Part shown: positions 37,473 to 44,989 of the stretch, piece by piece | Layout of the letters: each line of letters opens with the position of its first letter | How positions within the stretch are numbered: the first letter of the stretch is position 1 | Assembly (NCBI GenBank): GCA_044230345.1 | Contig: JBGARF010000035.1 | Location: 60,403-124,402 of the forward strand | Length of the DNA stretch: 64,000 nucleotides | Direction of reading: 5' to 3' | Source of the DNA: Limisphaerales bacterium | GTDB lineage: Bacteria > Verrucomicrobiota > Verrucomicrobiia > Limisphaerales > JADJPG01 | Translations under genes and position numbers: made by a program | The notes under the pieces: generated by a model | Told to the model about the DNA's origin: nothing | Database searches by the model: none | The model's input: the letters and a program-made list of their open reading frames with translations, nothing else

Positions 37473-40400
37473 TTAGAAATCGAGCTTCCACTTGCCTTGC
37501 TTGAAGGTGAGCGCGACGGACTGTTCGAGCTCGAGGCAGAAGGGACAGGGGCCGACCGATCCGCCGACGGTGCCCTTGGCCTTGACCGTGAGACCATCGA
37601 GGACGTTGGGATCGAGGCCTTCGAGCACGGCGGTGCCGGTGAGGTCGCCTTTGACGCCGATGAGGCAGAGGGCCTCGCCGCTGACGCCAGCATTCATCTT
37701 GGCCACAAACGTGGGGCCTTCGAGGAACACGCCGGCGCCCAGGCCGAGCCCGGCCGAGATGTTGAACAGGCAGGAGGCGGGGATGCCGATCAACTCGTTG
37801 ACGGGGATCCAGGCCTCGCCGTAGGCATAAATGCCCGTGAACGGTGGTGTGCCGAGCAGGCTGGCAACTTCGGGATCCCAAAGCCGGATGGGATCCAGCG
37901 AGCAGGTGCGACCGAAGTAAATGCCGCCGAACACATCGTATTTGTTGACCCGCATGCCGGCGGCCGCGCTGAGGTAGTTCTCGTCGGCACCGAGCGCCAC
38001 CGAAGCGCCGAGAAAGTTGATGGCGAACGCCTCGTACTCCAGCTTGCCAGTCAGTTCGAAACTGCCGCCCAAACCGCGCAGCGGAAAGCCAACGCCATCG
38101 TCATCGAAGGTGAACTTCGTTCCCACACTGGCGCGGAGCTCCGGACTGATCCAGCCGACTTGAACGTCTTCGGCTCCGAGCGTCACTTCGGTGATGGAGC
38201 CCGAGGCACCGTAGTTGCAACCGGCGGTGCCTTGCGAATCGAGTTCCTTGACCTGCAGGTAGCCGTTGAACTCAAGCGCGCTGCCGAAATCGAGTCGGGC
38301 TCGCAGATCGACACGCGCCTCCTTCAGTGAGTCGCCGTTGATGTGCGCGTAACCGTTCAGCTTGGCCGTGGCGGCCATTTGGTCGAGGGGCGCCAGCAGG
38401 CTGGTAAAGGCGTTGTTCAATTCCTCGGCCGTCTCGCCGACGACCAGACGGATGACGTTGTTCAACTCCTGGAACACCGTGTCGGTGGCCTGCCGAATCG
38501 CCGCATCGACGTCGTAGAGGCGGTGTTTATGCACGGCCTGGATTCCGGCCGTGAGCGGCAGTCCGTGGAACCGATCCTCAATCTCGCGCCGGATCAGCTG
38601 TTTGATCTCCTCCGGAGAATAGTCGTCCACCGGTGAGTCGAGGGCCAAGTCGATGCCCTGAATGAAACTGCCAAGGTCAGAGATCATCTCCGGCACGGCG
38701 GCCGTGATCTCCGGGGCGTGCGAGGTAAAGAGATCCTGCAGTTCAGCGCCCAACCCGCCGACCGGATTCGCGATGGTGGCGCGGACCTCGCTGACCGCGG
38801 TTCGCAGGTTGTTCAGAACGAGATGAATCTGGTCGAGCGTCGGGTCGGCCTCCTGGAGGATGGGCTGAACGATCTGGTCGACGAATCCGCCGGCAAACTC
38901 GAGGGCCTCGCGGTTGACCAGCAAACGCATCAACTCCGATGCGATGTGCCGGTTGCCGGCCGGGTCCTCGGCCAGAATGGATTCAATTTGCAGCACCGCC
39001 TGTTCAGCCTGAGCGAGGTAATTGGTCAGGCGCCGCATCATGCCGGGCTGGTTCAAGGCCGCGCTGGCCATTCCTTGCAGGCGATTCCTGATGTTTACCG
39101 GATCGGTCAGGAAGGCGGCGTCCACCTCAAGGCCCACGGCGTCTGGCCAACTTCCCGGGTCCAAAGGATTGTAAGCGGCAACCATGGCGTCGTAGAGCTC
39201 GTCCACCTTCGGCTGGATCGATTCGTCAAAGATCCCGCCGAAGAACGGATGCAGATCGGCCGCGAGGATCTCGTCAAGGCGTCCGAAGCCGGTCAGAAGA
39301 TCGCCGGTGAAATTCGCGCCAGCATCGGTGGCCAGGTCAATGGCCTGGTAGGCAAGGTTCGCGAGGTTGAACTGGGGCAGGCCGTCGAACTGCGCTCCGA
39401 AGGTGATCTCGGCGTTCTTGGCGCTCAGGTATTTGAGCTCGTTCTCCGTGCTCAACACCATCAGGTCCCTCACGATGGGCGCGCGGGAACGGAAGTCGCG
39501 GGTAATGGACGACCAGGTGAGCGGATAGTCGAAATCGATGATCTTGAGCCAGGTCCGTCGGGCGCGGGGATGATAGGCGTCCGTGCCGCTGTCGCGATAT
39601 TCGTTCGGCGTCCGGCCTTGGGCGTAACCTCGGTTGAGATCGTCGAAGTACGCCGCCGTGAAGAAGTTCATCCCGGCCGGCGACTCCCAACCGTGCGTGG
39701 GCCAGCCTCCGAGCAGATGGATGGGCGCGTTCGAATTACCCGTCGCGGCACTGGTCTGGAGATGAACCCGCAAATCCTCGAAGAAGGGAAGGTCCATCGA
39801 CGCGGCGATGTTCACCCAGCCGACGGCGGGGGCGTTGGTGCCCGCGTTGGCTGGAATTTGATCGTGGCCGTTGAAGTAGACGTCCGCGACCGGATTGAGC
39901 GTGTAGAACTCGTCGCGCGGACCGGCCACGCGGATGACGTTCGGGAGTTTCAGACGGGAGTCGACATCCGCGGGACCGACGGCGCGAGGGAGCAGGTTGC
40001 CGTTAGGCAGGAAGCCCAGCGTGCCAAAGAGCGTTTCCTGGACGTGAGCGATTTGCGTTCGGGCGCCAAGAGTGAGGTAGGCATTGGTGACGTTGCAAAT
40101 CTCCGCCGGATCGCGCCGGAACTGAAGCGCAAGCGCGTCGAAGCGGCCGTTCCAATAGGCGAGCGGAAGATTCGTGGCCGGATGGGCCATCGGAGCGCTC
40201 TCGATTCCGCCGAGGCAATTGAGGCGCAAGCCGGCAAACTCCAAGGTGAAATCCGATGGAAACGGCAGGTCGATCAATCCATCGATGCGCGATTGACCCA
40301 TTTGATTGTCGAGACAGTTCAGGCCGAAGTTCGCGAAGTCGAAGTGGTAACCATAAAGGCTCAGCGTGGCGGGGAAAGTGCCGGGGACAGCGTCATGAAT

Positions 40401-42815
40401 CCCGCTGACGCCTCCGCGCCGGGCGTAGTATTTCGAAATGCCTTTGAGCTGGTAGGTGCCCGTCGGCCGGCCCGCCAATGTGCTTTGGCCCTGGCGGAAT
40501 CCGTCGCTGCCGACGGCAAGGTTCATGCCGGCGTAGTCGGCAAAGCCAAGTTCGTAAGCGATCTGGTTCGGCGTGCCGGGGGCGTCGGGACGTTCCAGGT
40601 AGAGAGCGTTGGTGGCGGCCACACCAGTGTAGAGGAGCGTAGCCGGGCGATGCACGAGGGACGCGTCCGACTGGTCGCCCCGGAGGGAGTGGCCGGGCAT
40701 GTGAAAGCTGGCCTGGGTGAAAGTGGCTGCCTCGTGCGCAAAGGCGCCGAGGGAATCGATGTAGCCCCAGCGCAGTCGATGTGGCGCGTCCAGATTGCCC
40801 GCGCCCACCAATCCGCCGTCGCGCGTGAAGCGGAGCACGCCGTTCGTCGGCAGGAGGCGCATCAGCCGAGTCGTGTCGTCCGGCTGACAATCAACACCCG
40901 TGCAGCCCGTGCCGTAGTTCAGCGCCACCGGGTTCACGCCCGTCAACTCGCTGGCGCCTGACTCGATCAAATCGCCGGCAATGGCGATCGTGCCACCGAC
41001 CAGCCACTCAACGTGGGCATCGTAGGGAAAGTGCGCCCGGAAAACGCCCGGCCCGACCGACAAACCGGCGGTCAGGCGCCCGACACATTGCGGGTCAGCC
41101 AGCACGTTGACGGGCGAGGTCACCGTCAGGCCGGCGTGATAGACGCGATCATTCGATCGCTTCAGCGAACGCTGGGCGTTTTCAAGCACGCCATGCACGG
41201 CTTCGAGCCGGTTGTAGTCGTCCGACCGAACGTGAGTCGCACCGCCGGGAGGAACCGCCAGGTCGAAGCGACCTTCGGCCACCCGCCAGGTGATGGCGGC
41301 CGTTTGCCACCAGATCGGTTTGGATTCTTCCGCCACATAGATCGCGGCCGGCGGGGTGAAAACGACATCGTTGATCGGCCGAAGATTCGTGCCCAACGGC
41401 ACGGCGGTGGCCGTAAAGCTGTGGCGCAAACGGTGCCCAACCGTGTCGGAACGGTACCCAAGTCCCGTCGGCAGGTGGACGCGCAAGCCGCTGACGAGGC
41501 CTTGTGGCGTGAGCGCGGTCGGCGACACCAGTTCCATGCGGACGTTGACCACCTTGGTTGAGCCTCCCGGCGGAAGGTTGAGCGGGAGAGCACCCGCGTC
41601 CGCCTCCGCATCGCCGTTGACGAGCAGCCGGACGTTCAAATCTGTCCCGTCGCCATAGGTCACCCCCGGAAGCCCGGGGATCATTCCACTTTGCGCATCG
41701 ACGCTGAGGACGGAGTTGACGTGCGATCCGGGCGAGGTCCCAAGCCGGGGCGGATCGTTGTCGATGCTGCTGAACGTGGTCTGAAGCGCGCCGAAACGAA
41801 GATTGCCGTTGAAATGGAGAAGCTGCGCGGCGGACGACGAGGCGCTGCTGTCGGTCCGCACGCTGGCCGGGACGCCGGACTGTTCAAGGTGCGACAAGGT
41901 CGCCACCAGTCGATACCGATGATCCACGGAGTCGAGCTGAACGCCGTTGGCCGGCCGCACCCGGACGGTTCGCGTGGCGGTCTGGGCCCAGGGCGCATGC
42001 GGATTGTCAGGCGGCGGGGGCGTGTATTTGAACAGGGAGCGGTTGAAGTTCGTGGCATTGGTCGCGAGCGGAATGATTTGCCCCGTGGATTGGTCGACGA
42101 GTTGATACGAAAGCGTGATCGGCACGAGTTCAGCCGGGCCGGAACCGCCCTGGAAATTGTCGTGACGATGCAGCGTGTATTCCACCTCGGCCTCGAATGA
42201 GTTTCGATCGGGATCGGTCCGGACGGCCGTGGATTGGGTGAAGGCCACCTGATCCACCGTGCCGACGACATTGAAGCCGGGATCAGCGCTGACCAGATTG
42301 GTGAAGTGGATGAATTGCTGGGGTGAGTTCGTTTGACGATCGATTTCGCGAAGCCCGCCCGGCACAAACAGCCGCAGCTCGACCGTATATCGATCGTCCG
42401 GGTCCAGGCGCGTGCTGGGGCGGAGCGCAGCAACATTGGTCCGGGAGACGCTTGCGCCGGCGGCGACACCGAAGGTGTTGGTCAGGTTGTAGGTGGCATC
42501 CGGATTGGACGTGCCCGTGGAATCGAGGATCGGGTGAGGGACTCCCTGGGAGTTGAGCAATCGGAAGCGAAGGTGATAGGTGGTGGCCAGGACCGCGCCG
42601 TCCGGATTCGTGGTGCGGACGCGACTCTGCACCAGCAGATGCTCGCGGTTGTGGGCCGGGTCAAGCGTGTTGGCGTCGGCGTCGATGACGTACCCGGTGT
42701 AATTGGTGTTTTGCAGGCCCTGGATGCCGTGCGTAAGCGCGCCTTGGACCGGGCGCGCGGTGGCGACGATTCCCGTGAGGAGCGCCGTCGACAGTAAAAC
42801 TCGCATTGCCTTCAT
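37473..42815 (-). CDS. giant secreted hypothetical protein (1780 aa): signal peptide, long beta-rich N-terminal part, ~300-aa helical region, beta-rich C-terminal domain ending ...KWKLDF
   Basis: MKAMRVLLSTALLTGIVATARPVQG signal peptide. Helical stretch around ...LDEILAADLHPFFGGIFDESIQPKVDELYDAMV...LNNLRTAVSEVRATI...IRQATDTVFQELNNVIRLVVGETAEELNNAF. The last ~300 aa have an alternating-hydrophobic beta pattern and a terminal Phe. No family recognised. Confidence 0.8.
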   Translation of the reverse strand: MKAMRVLLSTALLTGIVATARPVQGALTHGIQGLQNTNYTGYVIDADANTLDPAHNREHLLVQSRVRTTNPDGAVLATTYHLRFRLLNSQGVPHPILDSTGTSNPDATYNLTNTFGVAAGASVSRTNVAALRPSTRLDPDDRYTVELRLFVPGGLREIDRQTNSPQQFIHFTNLVSADPGFNVVGTVDQVAFTQSTAVRTDPDRNSFEAEVEYTLHRHDNFQGGSGPAELVPITLSYQLVDQSTGQIIPLATNATNFNRSLFKYTPPPPDNPHAPWAQTATRTVRVRPANGVQLDSVDHRYRLVATLSHLEQSGVPASVRTDSSASSSAAQLLHFNGNLRFGALQTTFSSIDNDPPRLGTSPGSHVNSVLSVDAQSGMIPGLPGVTYGDGTDLNVRLLVNGDAEADAGALPLNLPPGGSTKVVNVRMELVSPTALTPQGLVSGLRVHLPTGLGYRSDTVGHRLRHSFTATAVPLGTNLRPINDVVFTPPAAIYVAEESKPIWWQTAAITWRVAEGRFDLAVPPGGATHVRSDDYNRLEAVHGVLENAQRSLKRSNDRVYHAGLTVTSPVNVLADPQCVGRLTAGLSVGPGVFRAHFPYDAHVEWLVGGTIAIAGDLIESGASELTGVNPVALNYGTGCTGVDCQPDDTTRLMRLLPTNGVLRFTRDGGLVGAGNLDAPHRLRWGYIDSLGAFAHEAATFTQASFHMPGHSLRGDQSDASLVHRPATLLYTGVAATNALYLERPDAPGTPNQIAYELGFADYAGMNLAVGSDGFRQGQSTLAGRPTGTYQLKGISKYYARRGGVSGIHDAVPGTFPATLSLYGYHFDFANFGLNCLDNQMGQSRIDGLIDLPFPSDFTLEFAGLRLNCLGGIESAPMAHPATNLPLAYWNGRFDALALQFRRDPAEICNVTNAYLTLGARTQIAHVQETLFGTLGFLPNGNLLPRAVGPADVDSRLKLPNVIRVAGPRDEFYTLNPVADVYFNGHDQIPANAGTNAPAVGWVNIAASMDLPFFEDLRVHLQTSAATGNSNAPIHLLGGWPTHGWESPAGMNFFTAAYFDDLNRGYAQGRTPNEYRDSGTDAYHPRARRTWLKIIDFDYPLTWSSITRDFRSRAPIVRDLMVLSTENELKYLSAKNAEITFGAQFDGLPQFNLANLAYQAIDLATDAGANFTGDLLTGFGRLDEILAADLHPFFGGIFDESIQPKVDELYDAMVAAYNPLDPGSWPDAVGLEVDAAFLTDPVNIRNRLQGMASAALNQPGMMRRLTNYLAQAEQAVLQIESILAEDPAGNRHIASELMRLLVNREALEFAGGFVDQIVQPILQEADPTLDQIHLVLNNLRTAVSEVRATIANPVGGLGAELQDLFTSHAPEITAAVPEMISDLGSFIQGIDLALDSPVDDYSPEEIKQLIRREIEDRFHGLPLTAGIQAVHKHRLYDVDAAIRQATDTVFQELNNVIRLVVGETAEELNNAFTSLLAPLDQMAATAKLNGYAHINGDSLKEARVDLRARLDFGSALEFNGYLQVKELDSQGTAGCNYGASGSITEVTLGAEDVQVGWISPELRASVGTKFTFDDDGVGFPLRGLGGSFELTGKLEYEAFAINFLGASVALGADENYLSAAAGMRVNKYDVFGGIYFGRTCSLDPIRLWDPEVASLLGTPPFTGIYAYGEAWIPVNELIGIPASCLFNISAGLGLGAGVFLEGPTFVAKMNAGVSGEALCLIGVKGDLTGTAVLEGLDPNVLDGLTVKAKGTVGGSVGPCPFCLELEQSVALTFKQGKWKLDF

Positions 42816-42895
42816 TTGGTGTTCGATCGTTTTCGTGGAGCCGGGTTGGGCTCACGGGAGGTTTAAGAAGAAGTTTTGAAAGGTAACAAAAAGGG
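42705..42895 (-). repeat. copy A of ~190-nt duplicated segment (promoter/5' UTR plus first ~38 codons of the giant gene)
   Basis: Aligns base-for-base with 43770-43963. By hand count the non-coding ~100 nt are about 88% identical. The coding-derived 78 nt are 57/78 identical. Shared AT-rich block gttttgaaaggtaacaaa. Confidence 0.8.
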
Positions 42896-42906
42896 AAGTC
42901 AGAGAG

Positions 42907-43749
42907 TCACTGAATCAGTGAGTGAGGACCCTGGCCCGAGTCGCAAAGGAGTGGCTTTTTCTGGTATTGAGCGGGGATGGACACGATCGGCTCCGGCAGT
43001 TGCGCTTCGACCCTGCGACGGCCCACGACGCGGACGTAACCGAGATGGTTACCGGAGTCGGCTTCCAGCGCTCTAATCCCTGTTGCGTTGTCGGGCGCAA
43101 CCAAGCGGAGCCAATCCAGCCAACGCTGAAACCCATCGGGAAGCGCGTCGGCCACTTCGATGTCCATGATGCCCGTCCGCCCCCAGTGCCGCCGCCACCA
43201 GTTCGCGGAATGCAGGCTCCACGGCTGCTCCTCGGACCACCACTCCCGCAGATGCGCGGGCACCGGGCCCTCCATCTCCCGCATAAGACCCGCCTGAGCG
43301 ATTCCGATCCGGCCTTCTGGTTTGATGAACCGGGCGAGGTAATTGAGGTAGGTGTCGTCCGTTCCGTAGTAGACAAAAGAGTCAATGGACACGATGGCGT
43401 CGAAGAAACCCGCGGCAAACGGCAGGGCCCGCGCGTCCGCGCGGATCGGAAAAACATCATCCCCGACTCCCGCATCCCGGACGCGTTGAAGATTCTCCGA
43501 GGGGTCGAACCACAGATCGGTGGCCCAGACGCGAACGCCGAATTCGCGGCACAGAAAGATCGAGGACATCGCCCGGCCGCAGCCGAGATCCAGGACCCTC
43601 ATGCCAGGCTGCAAATGCATCGCTTCCGTGAGCCACTCCGCCAGCCAAAGCGGATTTGCTCCTCCACTGGCGCCCGCCCGGATCCAATCGGGGTGATATC
43701 GCAACGAGCGAGGGAATCGCTCCGAAGTGAGTTGATGGTCGTGGCTCAT
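42907..43749 (-). CDS. class I SAM-dependent methyltransferase
   Basis: 280 aa. Motif I VLDLGCGRAMSSIFL, acidic loop VWATD, motif post-I/II FDAIVSIDSFVYYG, IKPEGRIGI. No signal peptide. Confidence 0.85.
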   Translation of the reverse strand: MSHDHQLTSERFPRSLRYHPDWIRAGASGGANPLWLAEWLTEAMHLQPGMRVLDLGCGRAMSSIFLCREFGVRVWATDLWFDPSENLQRVRDAGVGDDVFPIRADARALPFAAGFFDAIVSIDSFVYYGTDDTYLNYLARFIKPEGRIGIAQAGLMREMEGPVPAHLREWWSEEQPWSLHSANWWRRHWGRTGIMDIEVADALPDGFQRWLDWLRLVAPDNATGIRALEADSGNHLGYVRVVGRRRVEAQLPEPIVSIPAQYQKKPLLCDSGQGPHSLIQ

Positions 43750-43880
43750 GGCGTGGCCGCTTTGCAGGTGGTGTTTTGCAGACCTCGGCCGCCGTGAGTA
43801 AGCTTGCCTCGGACGGGGCGAGTGGTGCCGATGCTCCGTGCGAGGGGAGCCGTCGACAGAAAAATTCGCATTGCCTTCAT
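43746..43880 (-). CDS. 44-codon leader ORF derived from the 5' end of the giant gene; translationally coupled to the methyltransferase
   Basis: MKAMRIFLSTAPLARSIGTTRPVRGKLTHGGRGLQNTTCKAATP versus giant-gene N-terminus MKAMRVLLSTALLTGIVATARPVQGALTHGIQGLQNT. Its TGA (43746-43748) overlaps the methyltransferase ATG (43747-43749). Too short to be in the supplied ORF track; translation is unproven. Confidence 0.4.
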   Translation of the reverse strand: MKAMRIFLSTAPLARSIGTTRPVRGKLTHGGRGLQNTTCKAATP

Positions 43881-43963
43881 TTGGTGTTCGATGGTGTTCA
43901 CGAAGCCGGTTTTGGCTTCACTGGAGGTTTAAGCAGAAGTTTTGAAAGGTAACAAAGAGAGGG
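43770..43963 (-). repeat. copy B of the ~190-nt duplicated leader segment
   Basis: See copy A. Contains the same cattgccttcatttggtgttcgat start region and aggtttaag.agaagttttgaaaggtaacaaa block. Confidence 0.8.
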
Positions 43964-44158
43964 CCGAAGGCTCGCGCGCGGTAAACCTCAAGCCCTGGTC
44001 CGGGTCCCGTCATCACTCGCTTACTCACTAACTCACCCGCTCACTCAATTCCCCAATGCCCGGTTGCGGACGGTCGCAAGTGCTGGTTTCCCCGCTTTTT
44101 CCCTCTTCCATCGAATGCTCCCGTCTGGTCTTCTGGAGTCCTGTCGGACCGATGCCCC

Positions 44159-44896
44159 ATGAGTGACGAAGCGAAACCGATTTTTGCCAGCACGCACTGG
44201 AGCGCGGTGCTGCGGGCGGGGAGTTCAAGCTCGCCGGAGGCGCGAGAGTCGCTGGCGGAATTATGTCGCACCTACTGGTATCCGCTCTACGGCTACGCAC
44301 GCAGTGCCGGCTTGGATGTGCCGGAAGCGGAAGATTTAACCCAAGGATTCTTCGGCAAATTGCTGGAAAAGAACTATCTGGGGGTCGCCGATCGGCGGCG
44401 CGGACGGTTCCGATGGTTCCTGCTCACCGCGTTCAAGTGTTACCTCGCGAATGAATGGGATCGGTCCCAGGCCCAGAAACGGGGCGGCGGCCAGGAGATC
44501 GTGTCTTTCGATGGCGTATCCGCCCAGGAACGCTACCGGTTGGAACCGGAAACATCGGCTAGCCCGGACCAACTCTATGACCTGCGCTGGGCCGAGGATC
44601 TCCTGGCGCGAGCGAAGGAACAGGTGCGAGACGAATATGAAGGGCCAGCCGACGACAGTCGGAAGCGGAAGTTCATCCAGTTGGCGCAGTATCTCCCCGG
44701 CGGAGACGCGGTGATGAGCCATGCCGAACTCGGGGCGTCTCTCGGGATCAGCGAGGCGGCGGCCAAACAGGAGGTTTACCGATTGCGCAAGCGGTTTGGC
44801 GAGCGCTTGCGCGAAGCCGTGGCTGAAACCGTGGCGCACCCTGATGACGTAGACGACGAGATTCGATACCTGATCGACATCGTCTGCCGGCGGTAG
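44159..44896 (+). CDS. ECF-type sigma-70 family RNA polymerase sigma factor; no adjacent anti-sigma gene
   Basis: 245 aa. THWSAVLRAG...LAELCRTYWYPLYGYARSAGLDVPEAEDLTQGFFGKLLEK (region 2) ...RFRWFLLTAFKCYLANEW...; C-terminal region 4 HAELGASLGISEAAAKQEVYRLRKRFGERL. Confidence 0.85.
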   Translation: MSDEAKPIFASTHWSAVLRAGSSSSPEARESLAELCRTYWYPLYGYARSAGLDVPEAEDLTQGFFGKLLEKNYLGVADRRRGRFRWFLLTAFKCYLANEWDRSQAQKRGGGQEIVSFDGVSAQERYRLEPETSASPDQLYDLRWAEDLLARAKEQVRDEYEGPADDSRKRKFIQLAQYLPGGDAVMSHAELGASLGISEAAAKQEVYRLRKRFGERLREAVAETVAHPDDVDDEIRYLIDIVCRR

Positions 44897-44989
44897 GCCG
44901 TCGGTGTCCTTTCGGACCTGCTTCCCGGCCTTGAACTTTCATCTCCCGCGCTCCTACTCCTGCTGCTCTAGCTCAAACCGGAGACTTGG

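Noticed and set aside
42898-44045. Possible mobile cassette around the methyltransferase. There is weak inverted similarity between 42900-42945 and 43990-44040 (ggtcc..tcactcac...).
   Set aside because: No transposase, integrase or recombinase is present. The inverted match is short, gapped and made of low-complexity cactca repeats. Only the direct ~190-nt duplication is solid.
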